A DNA stretch of 41,392 bases from a virus. Positions 33,584 to 41,392 of the stretch are shown in pieces. Within the stretch, counting starts at the first letter, position 1; each line of letters opens with the position of its first letter. The translations under genes and the position numbers were made by a program. Location of the stretch: positions 1-41,392 of the IMG/VR virus record IMGVR_UViG_3300023223_001537; one strand, 5' to 3'. Below the pieces are notes generated by a model. That model saw only the letters and a program-made list of their open reading frames with translations. It had not been told where the DNA came from and did no database searches.

Positions 33584-33605
33584 TCAGTATCCTGTTAAAT
33601 AATTG

Positions 33606-33636
33606 CTGTCCACCCTTCGGGGTGGGCAGTTCTTTT
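33606..33636 (+). terminator. Rho-independent terminator after the coat gene
   Basis: CTGTCCACCC-ttcg-GGGTGGGCAG followed by TTCTTTT. Confidence 0.8.
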
Positions 33637-33657
33637 AATCTTATTTTCGAGGTTAAC

Positions 33658-33921
33658 ATGCCAGGGAATATGGGTCCAACCAGTGTTCAAGGATATGATT
33701 CTGAAGGCAATAAACAATGGTTCGTTGGTGGAATTCCTGCAGGATATACAGGAAGTCCGCCTGAAATTAAGGAACCGGAGATCCCGGCGCCTGTTATCAC
33801 ACCTCCTAAACAGACTGAACCATCTGCTAAACCTAAAGAAGAAAAAGCTTCAAGTCCTAAAGTAAAAAGCAAACCGTCTATTCCTAAGGAACCTTCAGTT
33901 ATTCCAGCGAGCGAAAAATGA
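33658..33921 (+). CDS. Pro/Lys/Glu-rich protein (87 aa)
   Basis: The ATG at 33658 with a GAGG RBS is preferred, because the upstream start at 33622 lies inside the terminator hairpin. Confidence 0.45.
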   Translation: MPGNMGPTSVQGYDSEGNKQWFVGGIPAGYTGSPPEIKEPEIPAPVITPPKQTEPSAKPKEEKASSPKVKSKPSIPKEPSVIPASEK

Positions 33922-34364
33922 GTACTGGAACCCAACTTGTACAGGGAGCTGCAAGGAAAATAGGCGTTCATTCTGATGTCGATCCTATGACAACAGAAAG
34001 TCTGATTGTGGGTTTTGAGATCCTGCTCCCACTTCTTCAATTATGGCAATCTCAGGGAATTAAATTTCAATTTGTGGCAACAACGTTGCCAGGTGAAGAT
34101 ATATTTGAACCTGCAGATGTAACCAACGCCATCAAGAATAATTTGGCTATCGCCATGGCTCCAGATTTTGAAGATGGCGAAATTATTGTGAGCCCGATGT
34201 TGGAAAACATTGCCGAAAGTGATTATGAGTGGATTAAAACTCTTTATCAGGTTTTTACCGTTCCCAATAAGGTTGCTTCATCCCTGTTGCCACGAGGATC
34301 AGGCAATTCAAAGGGAATCTTTCGAAAAGTTTTCAATGGCAAAGATGGAACCATAGGGAATTAG
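33918..34364 (+). CDS. Putative head-tail adaptor (P22 gp4 position)
   Basis: Assigned by position and size. Sequence support is weak. Confidence 0.45.
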   Translation: MSTGTQLVQGAARKIGVHSDVDPMTTESLIVGFEILLPLLQLWQSQGIKFQFVATTLPGEDIFEPADVTNAIKNNLAIAMAPDFEDGEIIVSPMLENIAESDYEWIKTLYQVFTVPNKVASSLLPRGSGNSKGIFRKVFNGKDGTIGN

Positions 34365-34406
34365 TACGAGTTATAACAATCTATAAATTTATACTCAGGA
34401 CTAAAT

Positions 34407-35795
34407 ATGCCTGTTATCGAATATCCATTAGGTTTAGAAGGAGTTGAACAACTTCCCAGAACAAAACGGACGTTGCAAAACTGTTTCAATAATGGAAATG
34501 GAATCATTATCCATCGACCTGGCATCAAAAGTCTCCAAGATACCGGCAGGACAGCGAGGGGATCATTTCAATGGAATGGTTCTCTTTATCAAGTTGTGTC
34601 GACTGATCTTATAAAGATTACCAATACAGAAACTGGCGCATTCATCACAATCGGAACCATTTTAGGCGCAGCCGTTATCAGGACCGCTATCGGTTTTAAT
34701 ACCGCCGTCATTGTTGTAAAGGGTGGCAATATTTACACATTGGATACAGCTGATGCACTGGTTATTATTAGTACCGGAACCAATTTTAATCCTTGCGTGG
34801 ATGTAGCTCATATTAATGGTCGATTTGTTTATATTCCTATTGAAAATGCTTTACCTCCAGGCCATACGACCCCATTTTTTTCTAATATAGGAGATGCCGC
34901 CACAGTTGGGGATTTGTCATTTTTTGACGCCGAATCATTACCTGATCAAAGCAATGGTGTCATCAATTACAGAAATACTTTATATATATTTGGAACTGAT
35001 TCTATTGAACCTTTCAGAGATCAAGGACTTTCTCCTGTTCCTTTCATTAGAATAAATGGGGGAAGGATTGATAACGGTTTCATAGGTGGTTTGTTTGAAT
35101 ATAATCAGACATTTGTATTTTTAGGAAGGGAAAAAGATCAGGATTTTGGGATATATGCCTTTACCAACGGAGTTGCCGTAAAAATATCAAATGAAACCAT
35201 TGATCTCATTCTATCTGAACATACAGAAGCCGAAAGAGAAGATGCTGTAACCAGTCGTTTTAAATGGCGCGGATATGATATTTTTACAGTCACACTGTTA
35301 AAAGATTCATTCGCCTTTTTTGGTGGTAATTGGTTCCGATTAAGATCTTTGATTGATGGTGATGACACAGTGTGGGCAGGAGGGTTTATCACTCAATTAG
35401 ATGGTGAATATTTTACAGCTTTCAGGACAAAAATGGGAAAGTTGGAAAATATTGATACTGATAATGGTGAAAGAATAACATTTCTGATTGAAATGGGTTT
35501 GGAACAGGAAGATGGCAATAAATTTACCTGTCAATCCATTGAGTTGCCAATATCTCAAGGTTTCAATACTCAGGATGCTTCGGTAGGGCTTCAAATGTCA
35601 AAAGATGGTGTTGATTATGGGCAACCATTTTTCAGGAACCTAGGAGGCATAGCGGATTATCAACGTGTATTAAAATGGAATTTCCCTGGAGGATTAGGTC
35701 GATTCCGCGGATTTATGGGATGGCGATTTTTTACTTCAGAATTAGTTAAATTTTCTGCCGAACCTCCAATTGTAAAATTAAGGCGAAAATCATGA
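34407..35795 (+). CDS. Tail hub protein (P22 gp10-like)
   Basis: 462 aa. The C-terminal segment DGVDYGQPFF...YQRVLKWNFPGGLGRFRGFMGWRF parallels the P22 gp10 C-terminus as I recall it. Confidence 0.6.
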   Translation: MPVIEYPLGLEGVEQLPRTKRTLQNCFNNGNGIIIHRPGIKSLQDTGRTARGSFQWNGSLYQVVSTDLIKITNTETGAFITIGTILGAAVIRTAIGFNTAVIVVKGGNIYTLDTADALVIISTGTNFNPCVDVAHINGRFVYIPIENALPPGHTTPFFSNIGDAATVGDLSFFDAESLPDQSNGVINYRNTLYIFGTDSIEPFRDQGLSPVPFIRINGGRIDNGFIGGLFEYNQTFVFLGREKDQDFGIYAFTNGVAVKISNETIDLILSEHTEAEREDAVTSRFKWRGYDIFTVTLLKDSFAFFGGNWFRLRSLIDGDDTVWAGGFITQLDGEYFTAFRTKMGKLENIDTDNGERITFLIEMGLEQEDGNKFTCQSIELPISQGFNTQDASVGLQMSKDGVDYGQPFFRNLGGIADYQRVLKWNFPGGLGRFRGFMGWRFFTSELVKFSAEPPIVKLRRKS

Positions 35796-36082
35796 CACAA
35801 ATTGTTTCCCAAACAGATCACGGTGTCAGGATAGTAAACGAAGAAGGAATAGCCGAATTTAATATGCAGACTTTCATTGATGATCTTGTCATCCAATTGA
35901 ATTTGCGATTACTGGGAAATCAAATTGTAATGGAAACTTATTTAAAAACAGAATTGCCGCCTGTTCCTGATATTACTTTTCCTGGCTTAATATTTGTGTC
36001 TGATGCCTCTCCACAACCAGTTCCCGCTTTTTCAGATGGAACTGACTGGAGAAGTGTTATTACTGGATCAATAATCAGTTAA
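35792..36082 (+). CDS. Hypothetical virion protein (96 aa)
   Basis: ATGA overlap with the preceding gene. It occupies the position where P22 encodes its needle or plug, but it is much shorter. Confidence 0.4.
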   Translation: MTQIVSQTDHGVRIVNEEGIAEFNMQTFIDDLVIQLNLRLLGNQIVMETYLKTELPPVPDITFPGLIFVSDASPQPVPAFSDGTDWRSVITGSIIS

Positions 36083-36099
36083 TTTGAAAGGGAATTAAA

Positions 36100-36696
36100 A
36101 TGGGTTTTTTCTCATCGCTATTTGGTTTAGATGCAGGCAGACGAGCGGCGCAGGCCCAGGTTCGAGAAAGCCGAAGATCTGAGAGAGATATCAGGGGCAC
36201 TTTAGATCCTTTCGTTCAAGCCGGTCAAGGTCAATTGGGCGCGTTAACTGAAGGAACAACCGCAGGTGGTCTTGATGAAAGATTAGGCCGAATCTTTGAT
36301 ACTGATATTTTCGGTAGGCTTGTAGGTGAAAGAACCGAAGCTCTTCGAGGTCAATTAGGAGCTGCAGGTTTACAAAGATCCGGAACTGCCTTGGAGCGGG
36401 TTGCCGCTGTGCCAACTGATTTAGGTCTGCAAATTGAAGAACTATTAACGGGTCGATCAAGAGGATTGGCAGGTCAAGGTTTACAAGCTGGAGTCCCATT
36501 GGCCGGAGCTTTCGAAAGAGGTGGGCAATTTAGAGGAGGAGCAATTTCTCAAGGAATATTGAGTGATGCTCAGGCTCAGAGTAGTTTAATCAGTCAAATT
36601 TTAGGAGGACTGGGCGGCGGCATTGCTGGTTTTACTGGAAAAGGTGGATCAGCATTGAGGGGACTCCAGGGAACGCTCAGCGGTTTTAGGGCTTAA
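36100..36696 (+). CDS. Ejection/internal virion protein candidate (gp7 position)
   Basis: Gly/Ala/Gln-rich, 198 aa. Assigned by synteny. Confidence 0.5.
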   Translation: MGFFSSLFGLDAGRRAAQAQVRESRRSERDIRGTLDPFVQAGQGQLGALTEGTTAGGLDERLGRIFDTDIFGRLVGERTEALRGQLGAAGLQRSGTALERVAAVPTDLGLQIEELLTGRSRGLAGQGLQAGVPLAGAFERGGQFRGGAISQGILSDAQAQSSLISQILGGLGGGIAGFTGKGGSALRGLQGTLSGFRA

Positions 36697-36724
36697 AATT
36701 AATTTAATTTTTTCAGGATAAACC

Positions 36725-38257
36725 ATGGTTACATTAGCGACTTTTCAGGGAAGTTCTGCAGTTCCAGATTTAGGAAGACTTGGTCAAGGGTTCGAAAGGG
36801 TGCGTGGTCAGCTTCAAACTGAACAGGAACAACGTCAGCTTCAAGAGGCACAACAACAGATTTTTCAACCCGGGGCAAGTCCTGAGCAAGTGAACCAGAA
36901 TTTGCTTATATTGGGAAGATTAAATCCTCAATTAGGGAAAATGGCGTTTCAAATTTTTCAACGTGGGGACAAACTTGAAATTAGAAAACTAAGGAATGAT
37001 TCGATTCGTGCCAGAAATCAAGCCCTCGCACTCCTAAAAATTGAAGATCCCGCCGAACAAATGACTGCCCTGCTGGATATGGCAAGTGAAAAAGGGCAAC
37101 GCGGTGAAGATCCATCTGAAGAATTGAGGCTTGCTGATATGAGTCCAGAACGAAGAAAACTTGAACTGGACACGGATGTTATTACGGGCGATGCGTTACT
37201 TGGGATCACAGAGGAAAGAGAAAATTTTGAAGTTACCACTATTGATGGACGGCAAGTACTCAGATCAACTGTGTCAGGTGATATTAAAGCATTGCCGCGT
37301 GGCCCAACGGCTCAGTCACCAGCCGGAAAAATTGAATCTGACAAAAGAGCTGGTTTAATTAATTCTGTTCAAGCTAAAAAAGCTACTGATCTTTTGCAGA
37401 AAGCTTCTAAAGAAGGTAATTTTGTCACATCCCCTACTTTTCTCACACGTAAACCAGATGGAACAAATTCCCTATCAGTTCCAATAACCAATAGAAGGAC
37501 AGGCGAAACCGTTATAAATGAGATTCCAATTAAAGGAAATATTATTGAGCGCGCTGGAGGGCAAACCCCCGAAGAACGAGCCGCTTTAGGCGTTGAAACA
37601 GCTGGACTTACTACTGGGGCTACGAGAGCAGCTCAAATACGTACAGCCGCACCACTTGCCGCAGAAGCGAAACGAGGCGGAGCGGAAGAAGGAAGGGCAC
37701 AGGAAAATATTACGGGCGCATTATTGGCCGCTGATGCATTACCTCAATTAAGACGAACTCTTGGTTTATTGGATGAAGTTGAAACAGGTGGGTTGGCGGG
37801 TGTAATGATTAAAGCAAAACGCTTAATTGGACAAGAAAGCGCTGATGAGGGCGAATTATCTTTCAATTTATCCAAAAACGTGATGAAGCAATTAAAACCA
37901 ACTTTTGGGGCTGCCTTTACAGAAAAAGAAGGGCGTCAATTGACAGCTATTGAAGCCGGCATATCTAAATCACCAGCAGCAAATAAAAAGTTAATTCGTC
38001 TGGCCATAAAAATAACTCTTAACGCAATTCAACGAGGTCAAAGGGCCGCTGTAAATCGAGGAGATCAAGAAGCTTTAACGGATATTTCGGAAGCCATGAA
38101 CCTTGATCTATCGCTTGAAGGATTATCAGATGAAGGATTAACAATACCTCCTGCAACCGCAATTCAGGGAGCTGGTCAAGCTGAAAGTCAAAGAGGTATT
38201 GGTGGTGGCGAATTTAACTTTAATCCAGCTACAGGTCAATTTGAGAAAGTCAGATAA
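36725..38257 (+). CDS. Ejection/internal virion protein candidate (gp20 position)
   Basis: 510 aa. Assigned by synteny. Confidence 0.5.
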   Translation: MVTLATFQGSSAVPDLGRLGQGFERVRGQLQTEQEQRQLQEAQQQIFQPGASPEQVNQNLLILGRLNPQLGKMAFQIFQRGDKLEIRKLRNDSIRARNQALALLKIEDPAEQMTALLDMASEKGQRGEDPSEELRLADMSPERRKLELDTDVITGDALLGITEERENFEVTTIDGRQVLRSTVSGDIKALPRGPTAQSPAGKIESDKRAGLINSVQAKKATDLLQKASKEGNFVTSPTFLTRKPDGTNSLSVPITNRRTGETVINEIPIKGNIIERAGGQTPEERAALGVETAGLTTGATRAAQIRTAAPLAAEAKRGGAEEGRAQENITGALLAADALPQLRRTLGLLDEVETGGLAGVMIKAKRLIGQESADEGELSFNLSKNVMKQLKPTFGAAFTEKEGRQLTAIEAGISKSPAANKKLIRLAIKITLNAIQRGQRAAVNRGDQEALTDISEAMNLDLSLEGLSDEGLTIPPATAIQGAGQAESQRGIGGGEFNFNPATGQFEKVR

Positions 38258-40377
38258 TGCCAACAATTAATCTTCCTGATGGAACTATATTAAATTTTCC
38301 TGACACGATGACCCCTGACCAAATCAGGAATGCACTATCTGGTTTTCAGGGTTCTCAACCCGTTCAGGATCAAGTTCCAGGCCAAATTCCTCAAGATATA
38401 CCTCCAGATACGCCTCAGGGTCAGGAGGAGGGATTTCTAGACACTATTTCCCGTAACTTGAGGGATTTTACCTCAGAAGCATTAAATACCGCCACATTTG
38501 GTTTTAGCGATGTTGTCGCTGGAGCTGGAGCCGCTTTAGCGGAAGAACTTTTCGGCGGCGAAGAGGCTGATCCAGCTGCGGCATTCAACAGACCGCGACA
38601 GGAAAGGGAAGAGTTCAGAGAGGAGAATCCAATCACTTCAGGGGTGGCTTCATTTATCGGGGCTTTTGTAAATCCGGCAGGGCAAAGAGCGGGAAAGTTT
38701 GTAACTTCCGGGCAAGGTTTGCTGTCTACAGCAGGAAGATCAGCTGCGGTTGGGGCTGGTTTCGGTGGTGGTCAAGCAGGCGGTGAATTTGCCGGCGAAG
38801 CATTAGGTCAGGTTTTGGAGGGTGAAGAAGTCGATATCGCACAAGGAGCTGCGGATGTTGGCACAGCGACAGCCCTTGGAGCCGGAATTGGAGGCGCATT
38901 CCCATTTGCCGCAAGAGGGGTTAAGGCTGGATTTAGCGGGATAGCAAACACATTGAGGCGTTTTACTGAAAAGGGTCAAGGAACAAGGGCATTGAGAAAG
39001 GTTGCTGAGGCTATGGAGAGGGATGGTCTTACTCCAAGAATGGCCTTAGAGCGAATTGAAAAACTTGGACCGGAAGCCGCGCTGTTGGATGTGGGGCCAA
39101 ATTCAAGAGCATTGGCGTTTACGGTTGCCGGGATTCCAGGCACAGGAAAAACTAAAGTAACAGGTTTTCTCAGGGCGCGGCAAGAGGGTGTCAGAAATCC
39201 GAAAACTGGCGTAATAGAAGGGGGTCAGGTTAATAGAATTCAGAAACATATTGATCAGTTAATAAAAGGAAATTTTTTCACTGAAAGGCAGCAACTCGCC
39301 AATCAAAACAATTCTGCGCGATTTTATGATTCGGCTTTCGCCTCCAATCAAAATATTGAATCAAAAAATATAGATTCAATTCTTAAAACGCCAGCGGGTA
39401 GACAAGCTTTCGTCAATGCTAGAAAAACGATCCAGAATTTGAGGACAAATTTAAGTAAAGTTGATCCTGAATTGTCAGCGCAACTAAAAGAAGCTGGGCA
39501 ACTTCGTCCTCCCGGAGGCGTTGGTAGAGGGTTGAAACTGCAATTTTTAGATCAAGTAAAAAAAGAAATGTTTGATTTAGAACAGGCGGCCAAAACCCAA
39601 TTTGGCAAACCGACATCAAAATCCAGGTCAATCTCACAATTAAGGCGCGAACTTATTGATGAATTAGACGCTTCAGACGTAACCGCGGGGAAGGATTATG
39701 CACAAGCTAGATCATTGGCTGGTGACGACTTGGCAAATCAAGAGGCTTTAGAAGCCGGATCAGATTTTCTCTCAAAAACAAAATTTTCCAACCCAGAAGA
39801 ACTTGGTCTGGCTCTTAATGAAATGTCACCTGAAGCCAGGCACCTTTTCAGGGTGGGGGCGGCGCAAAGCTTAAAAGGAAAATTAGCCGAAATAGTTTCC
39901 CGCGCAGACGCTTCCAAAAAATTAATTGATATTCAAAGCCTTGAAAGGAAAATAAGGCTGGCTTTTGGGGATAATGTAAAATTCAAGCAATATGTAGATC
40001 TGCTTGAAAACGAAAAAGATTTATTCAGAGCCGTCACTGATGTTTTGGGAAATTCAAAAACCGCTGAAAGAGGGGCTGCTTTAGATGATTTAGCGTTGGA
40101 TACCGGAAGACTCGCTCAAGGTGTTAGAGATTTATTGGCTGGTGATTTTATATCGGCTACTAGAAATATAATTCGTGGATCTTCTGAAAGATTGCTTATT
40201 TCACCAAAAGAGACAGAAAAAATAGCAGATATTCTTTTACGGAGGGATGTCCGAGGTTTAAGCGGCCAGATACCGGCACCAGTTAGCAGGGTTACGGAAA
40301 CTGGAAGACCTGTAGCATTAGAGGAATCTCTTATTCGCGCATTGTCGTCAACAGCTGGAACGCGAGTCGATAATTGA
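38257..40377 (+). CDS. Ejection/internal virion protein candidate (gp16 position)
   Basis: 706 aa with a Gly/Ala-rich hydrophobic stretch (AAVGAGFGGGQAGGEFAGEALG...). Assigned by synteny. Confidence 0.5.
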   Translation: MPTINLPDGTILNFPDTMTPDQIRNALSGFQGSQPVQDQVPGQIPQDIPPDTPQGQEEGFLDTISRNLRDFTSEALNTATFGFSDVVAGAGAALAEELFGGEEADPAAAFNRPRQEREEFREENPITSGVASFIGAFVNPAGQRAGKFVTSGQGLLSTAGRSAAVGAGFGGGQAGGEFAGEALGQVLEGEEVDIAQGAADVGTATALGAGIGGAFPFAARGVKAGFSGIANTLRRFTEKGQGTRALRKVAEAMERDGLTPRMALERIEKLGPEAALLDVGPNSRALAFTVAGIPGTGKTKVTGFLRARQEGVRNPKTGVIEGGQVNRIQKHIDQLIKGNFFTERQQLANQNNSARFYDSAFASNQNIESKNIDSILKTPAGRQAFVNARKTIQNLRTNLSKVDPELSAQLKEAGQLRPPGGVGRGLKLQFLDQVKKEMFDLEQAAKTQFGKPTSKSRSISQLRRELIDELDASDVTAGKDYAQARSLAGDDLANQEALEAGSDFLSKTKFSNPEELGLALNEMSPEARHLFRVGAAQSLKGKLAEIVSRADASKKLIDIQSLERKIRLAFGDNVKFKQYVDLLENEKDLFRAVTDVLGNSKTAERGAALDDLALDTGRLAQGVRDLLAGDFISATRNIIRGSSERLLISPKETEKIADILLRRDVRGLSGQIPAPVSRVTETGRPVALEESLIRALSSTAGTRVDN

Positions 40378-40401
40378 TTGTAATATTATAAGGATTAAAA
40401 A

Positions 40402-41392
40402 ATGCCAGCATTTATTGATGAAAATACTCAGTTTGTAGATAGTGGTGGAATTCCTCTAGCAGGTGGAAGTGTTTTTATAGGAGCCAAAAATCAGGATCCT
40501 GTTTTAAATCCTATTGCCATCTTTTCAGACAGGGCATTGCAAAACGCTTTATTGAATCCTCAAACCTTGAATGCGGAAGGGCGATCCACAAACAAGATAT
40601 GGATACCTGCTGAATATTCTCTTAAAGTTACAGATATTAATGGTTTTCAGCATTTGCAGGAATTGGATCAGGGTGAAGCCCCGGGAGCGGGAAATGTTAA
40701 CTTAACCGTCACAGGCACAGAAACTTTAATTGGTACAGCTTCTCCTTTAGTATCCGCATTAGTTGATAAAACGCTTTATATTTTTCAGACAATCGGCGCA
40801 AATAGCGGAGATGTTACATTAAATATTGATGGAATTGGCGCAAAATCAGTATTGCAGAATGTTAATCAACAAATACAGCCAGGAAAATTTCAAGATAAAC
40901 AGACGGTCATTTTAGCCTTCAATGAATCAGAAGACTTTTTTTCATGGGTAAATCACAGCGATAAAGTTATTTATTTAACTAAAGCTACCGATATAGCTTC
41001 ATCTGGCACCACAGATATTTGGGCATCAGAAGGGAATTATGTGGTTGTTGACGGAACCGCTACAATAACCTCATTGGGGACGGCTCCGCAAGCTGGATCA
41101 TTGAGAGAAATAAGAGCGAATGGAGCGTTTACCCTCACCGACAACGCAAATATTATTCTGCCAGGCGGCGAAAATATCGTAGCGGCTATAGGTGATACAT
41201 TTAAAGTAATCGCCGACACAACGGCAATAGCCATAGTTGTTCGATACCAAAGAAAAGCCCTATCTCCTGATGCCGCGACATTTGTTACGCTTACTACAGA
41301 CACTGATACCGCTAATATTACCCTCCTTTCTAATTTACCAGCTACTGTGCAGGAAATTACTATATTTCTTCAACTATGGAGTTCAGACGATA
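40402..41392 (+). CDS. Tail fibre protein, N-terminal part (continues across the circular junction to 521)
   Basis: ATG at 40402 with an AAGGA RBS. The frame stays open to the window end. The N-terminus MPAFIDENTQFVDSGGIPLAGGSVFIGAKNQDPVLNPIAIFSD is a common fibre/tailspike N-terminal pattern. The ORF is missing from the track because it runs off the window. Confidence 0.8.
   Translation, partial: MPAFIDENTQFVDSGGIPLAGGSVFIGAKNQDPVLNPIAIFSDRALQNALLNPQTLNAEGRSTNKIWIPAEYSLKVTDINGFQHLQELDQGEAPGAGNVNLTVTGTETLIGTASPLVSALVDKTLYIFQTIGANSGDVTLNIDGIGAKSVLQNVNQQIQPGKFQDKQTVILAFNESEDFFSWVNHSDKVIYLTKATDIASSGTTDIWASEGNYVVVDGTATITSLGTAPQAGSLREIRANGAFTLTDNANIILPGGENIVAAIGDTFKVIADTTAIAIVVRYQRKALSPDAATFVTLTTDTDTANITLLSNLPATVQEITIFLQLWSSDD
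41249..41392. repeat. Terminal overlap, copy 2
   Basis: Identical to 1..144. Confidence 0.95.

Noticed and set aside
1-41392. CRISPR array, retron, or other known multi-gene defence loci (CBASS, Thoeris, restriction-modification)
   Set aside because: There are no regularly spaced identical repeats with unique spacers. The only periodic repeats are 3-4 copies of 8-19-bp motifs. No reverse transcriptase, cyclase, SIR2/TIR-like or restriction endonuclease motifs were recognised in the translations.

Overview
The first 144 bases (1..144) are identical to the last 144 (41249..41392). The window is therefore one circularly closed replicon with a 41,248-bp unit, not a chromosomal segment. The content is a complete temperate tailed-phage genome with a P22-like virion module. 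That module runs: putative small terminase, large terminase, portal, scaffold, P22-type coat, gp4-like adaptor, gp10-like hub, three ejection-type proteins, then a tail fibre ORF that crosses the circular junction. Continuing around the circle: (1) A lysis cassette (726..1669). (2) A minus-strand operon downstream of an XRE/cI-type repressor (1705..4236) that carries accessory genes, including a HEPN-motif protein. (3) A rightward early operon (4573..11232) with an RHH regulator, Erf-type recombinase, NrdR-type zinc-ribbon protein, tyrosine integrase, attP built on the 3-prime half of tRNA-Glu(UUC), replication genes, a VRR-NUC nuclease and a DNA methyltransferase. (4) A second block of very large fibre genes (11520..18262). 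(5) A block of small accessory genes including two tandem DUF2829 (Tad2-family) genes (18279..23200). (6) A ParB-methyltransferase fusion (23360..24574). Gene density is high, and almost all genes outside 1705..4236 lie on the + strand. The most unusual material is of two kinds. First, several intergenic islands are visibly richer in G+C and carry extensive nested or pseudoknot-type complementarity (4341..4509, 10246..10357, 11283..11428, 29940..30310). Second, two sets of short direct repeats have a strict 35-36-bp period (10139..10229 and 25794..25907). All protein-family assignments rest on motifs I recognise by eye in the supplied translations. No database search was run. The host is unknown; a lipobox lipoprotein in the lysis cassette and the P22-like architecture suggest a Gram-negative host.
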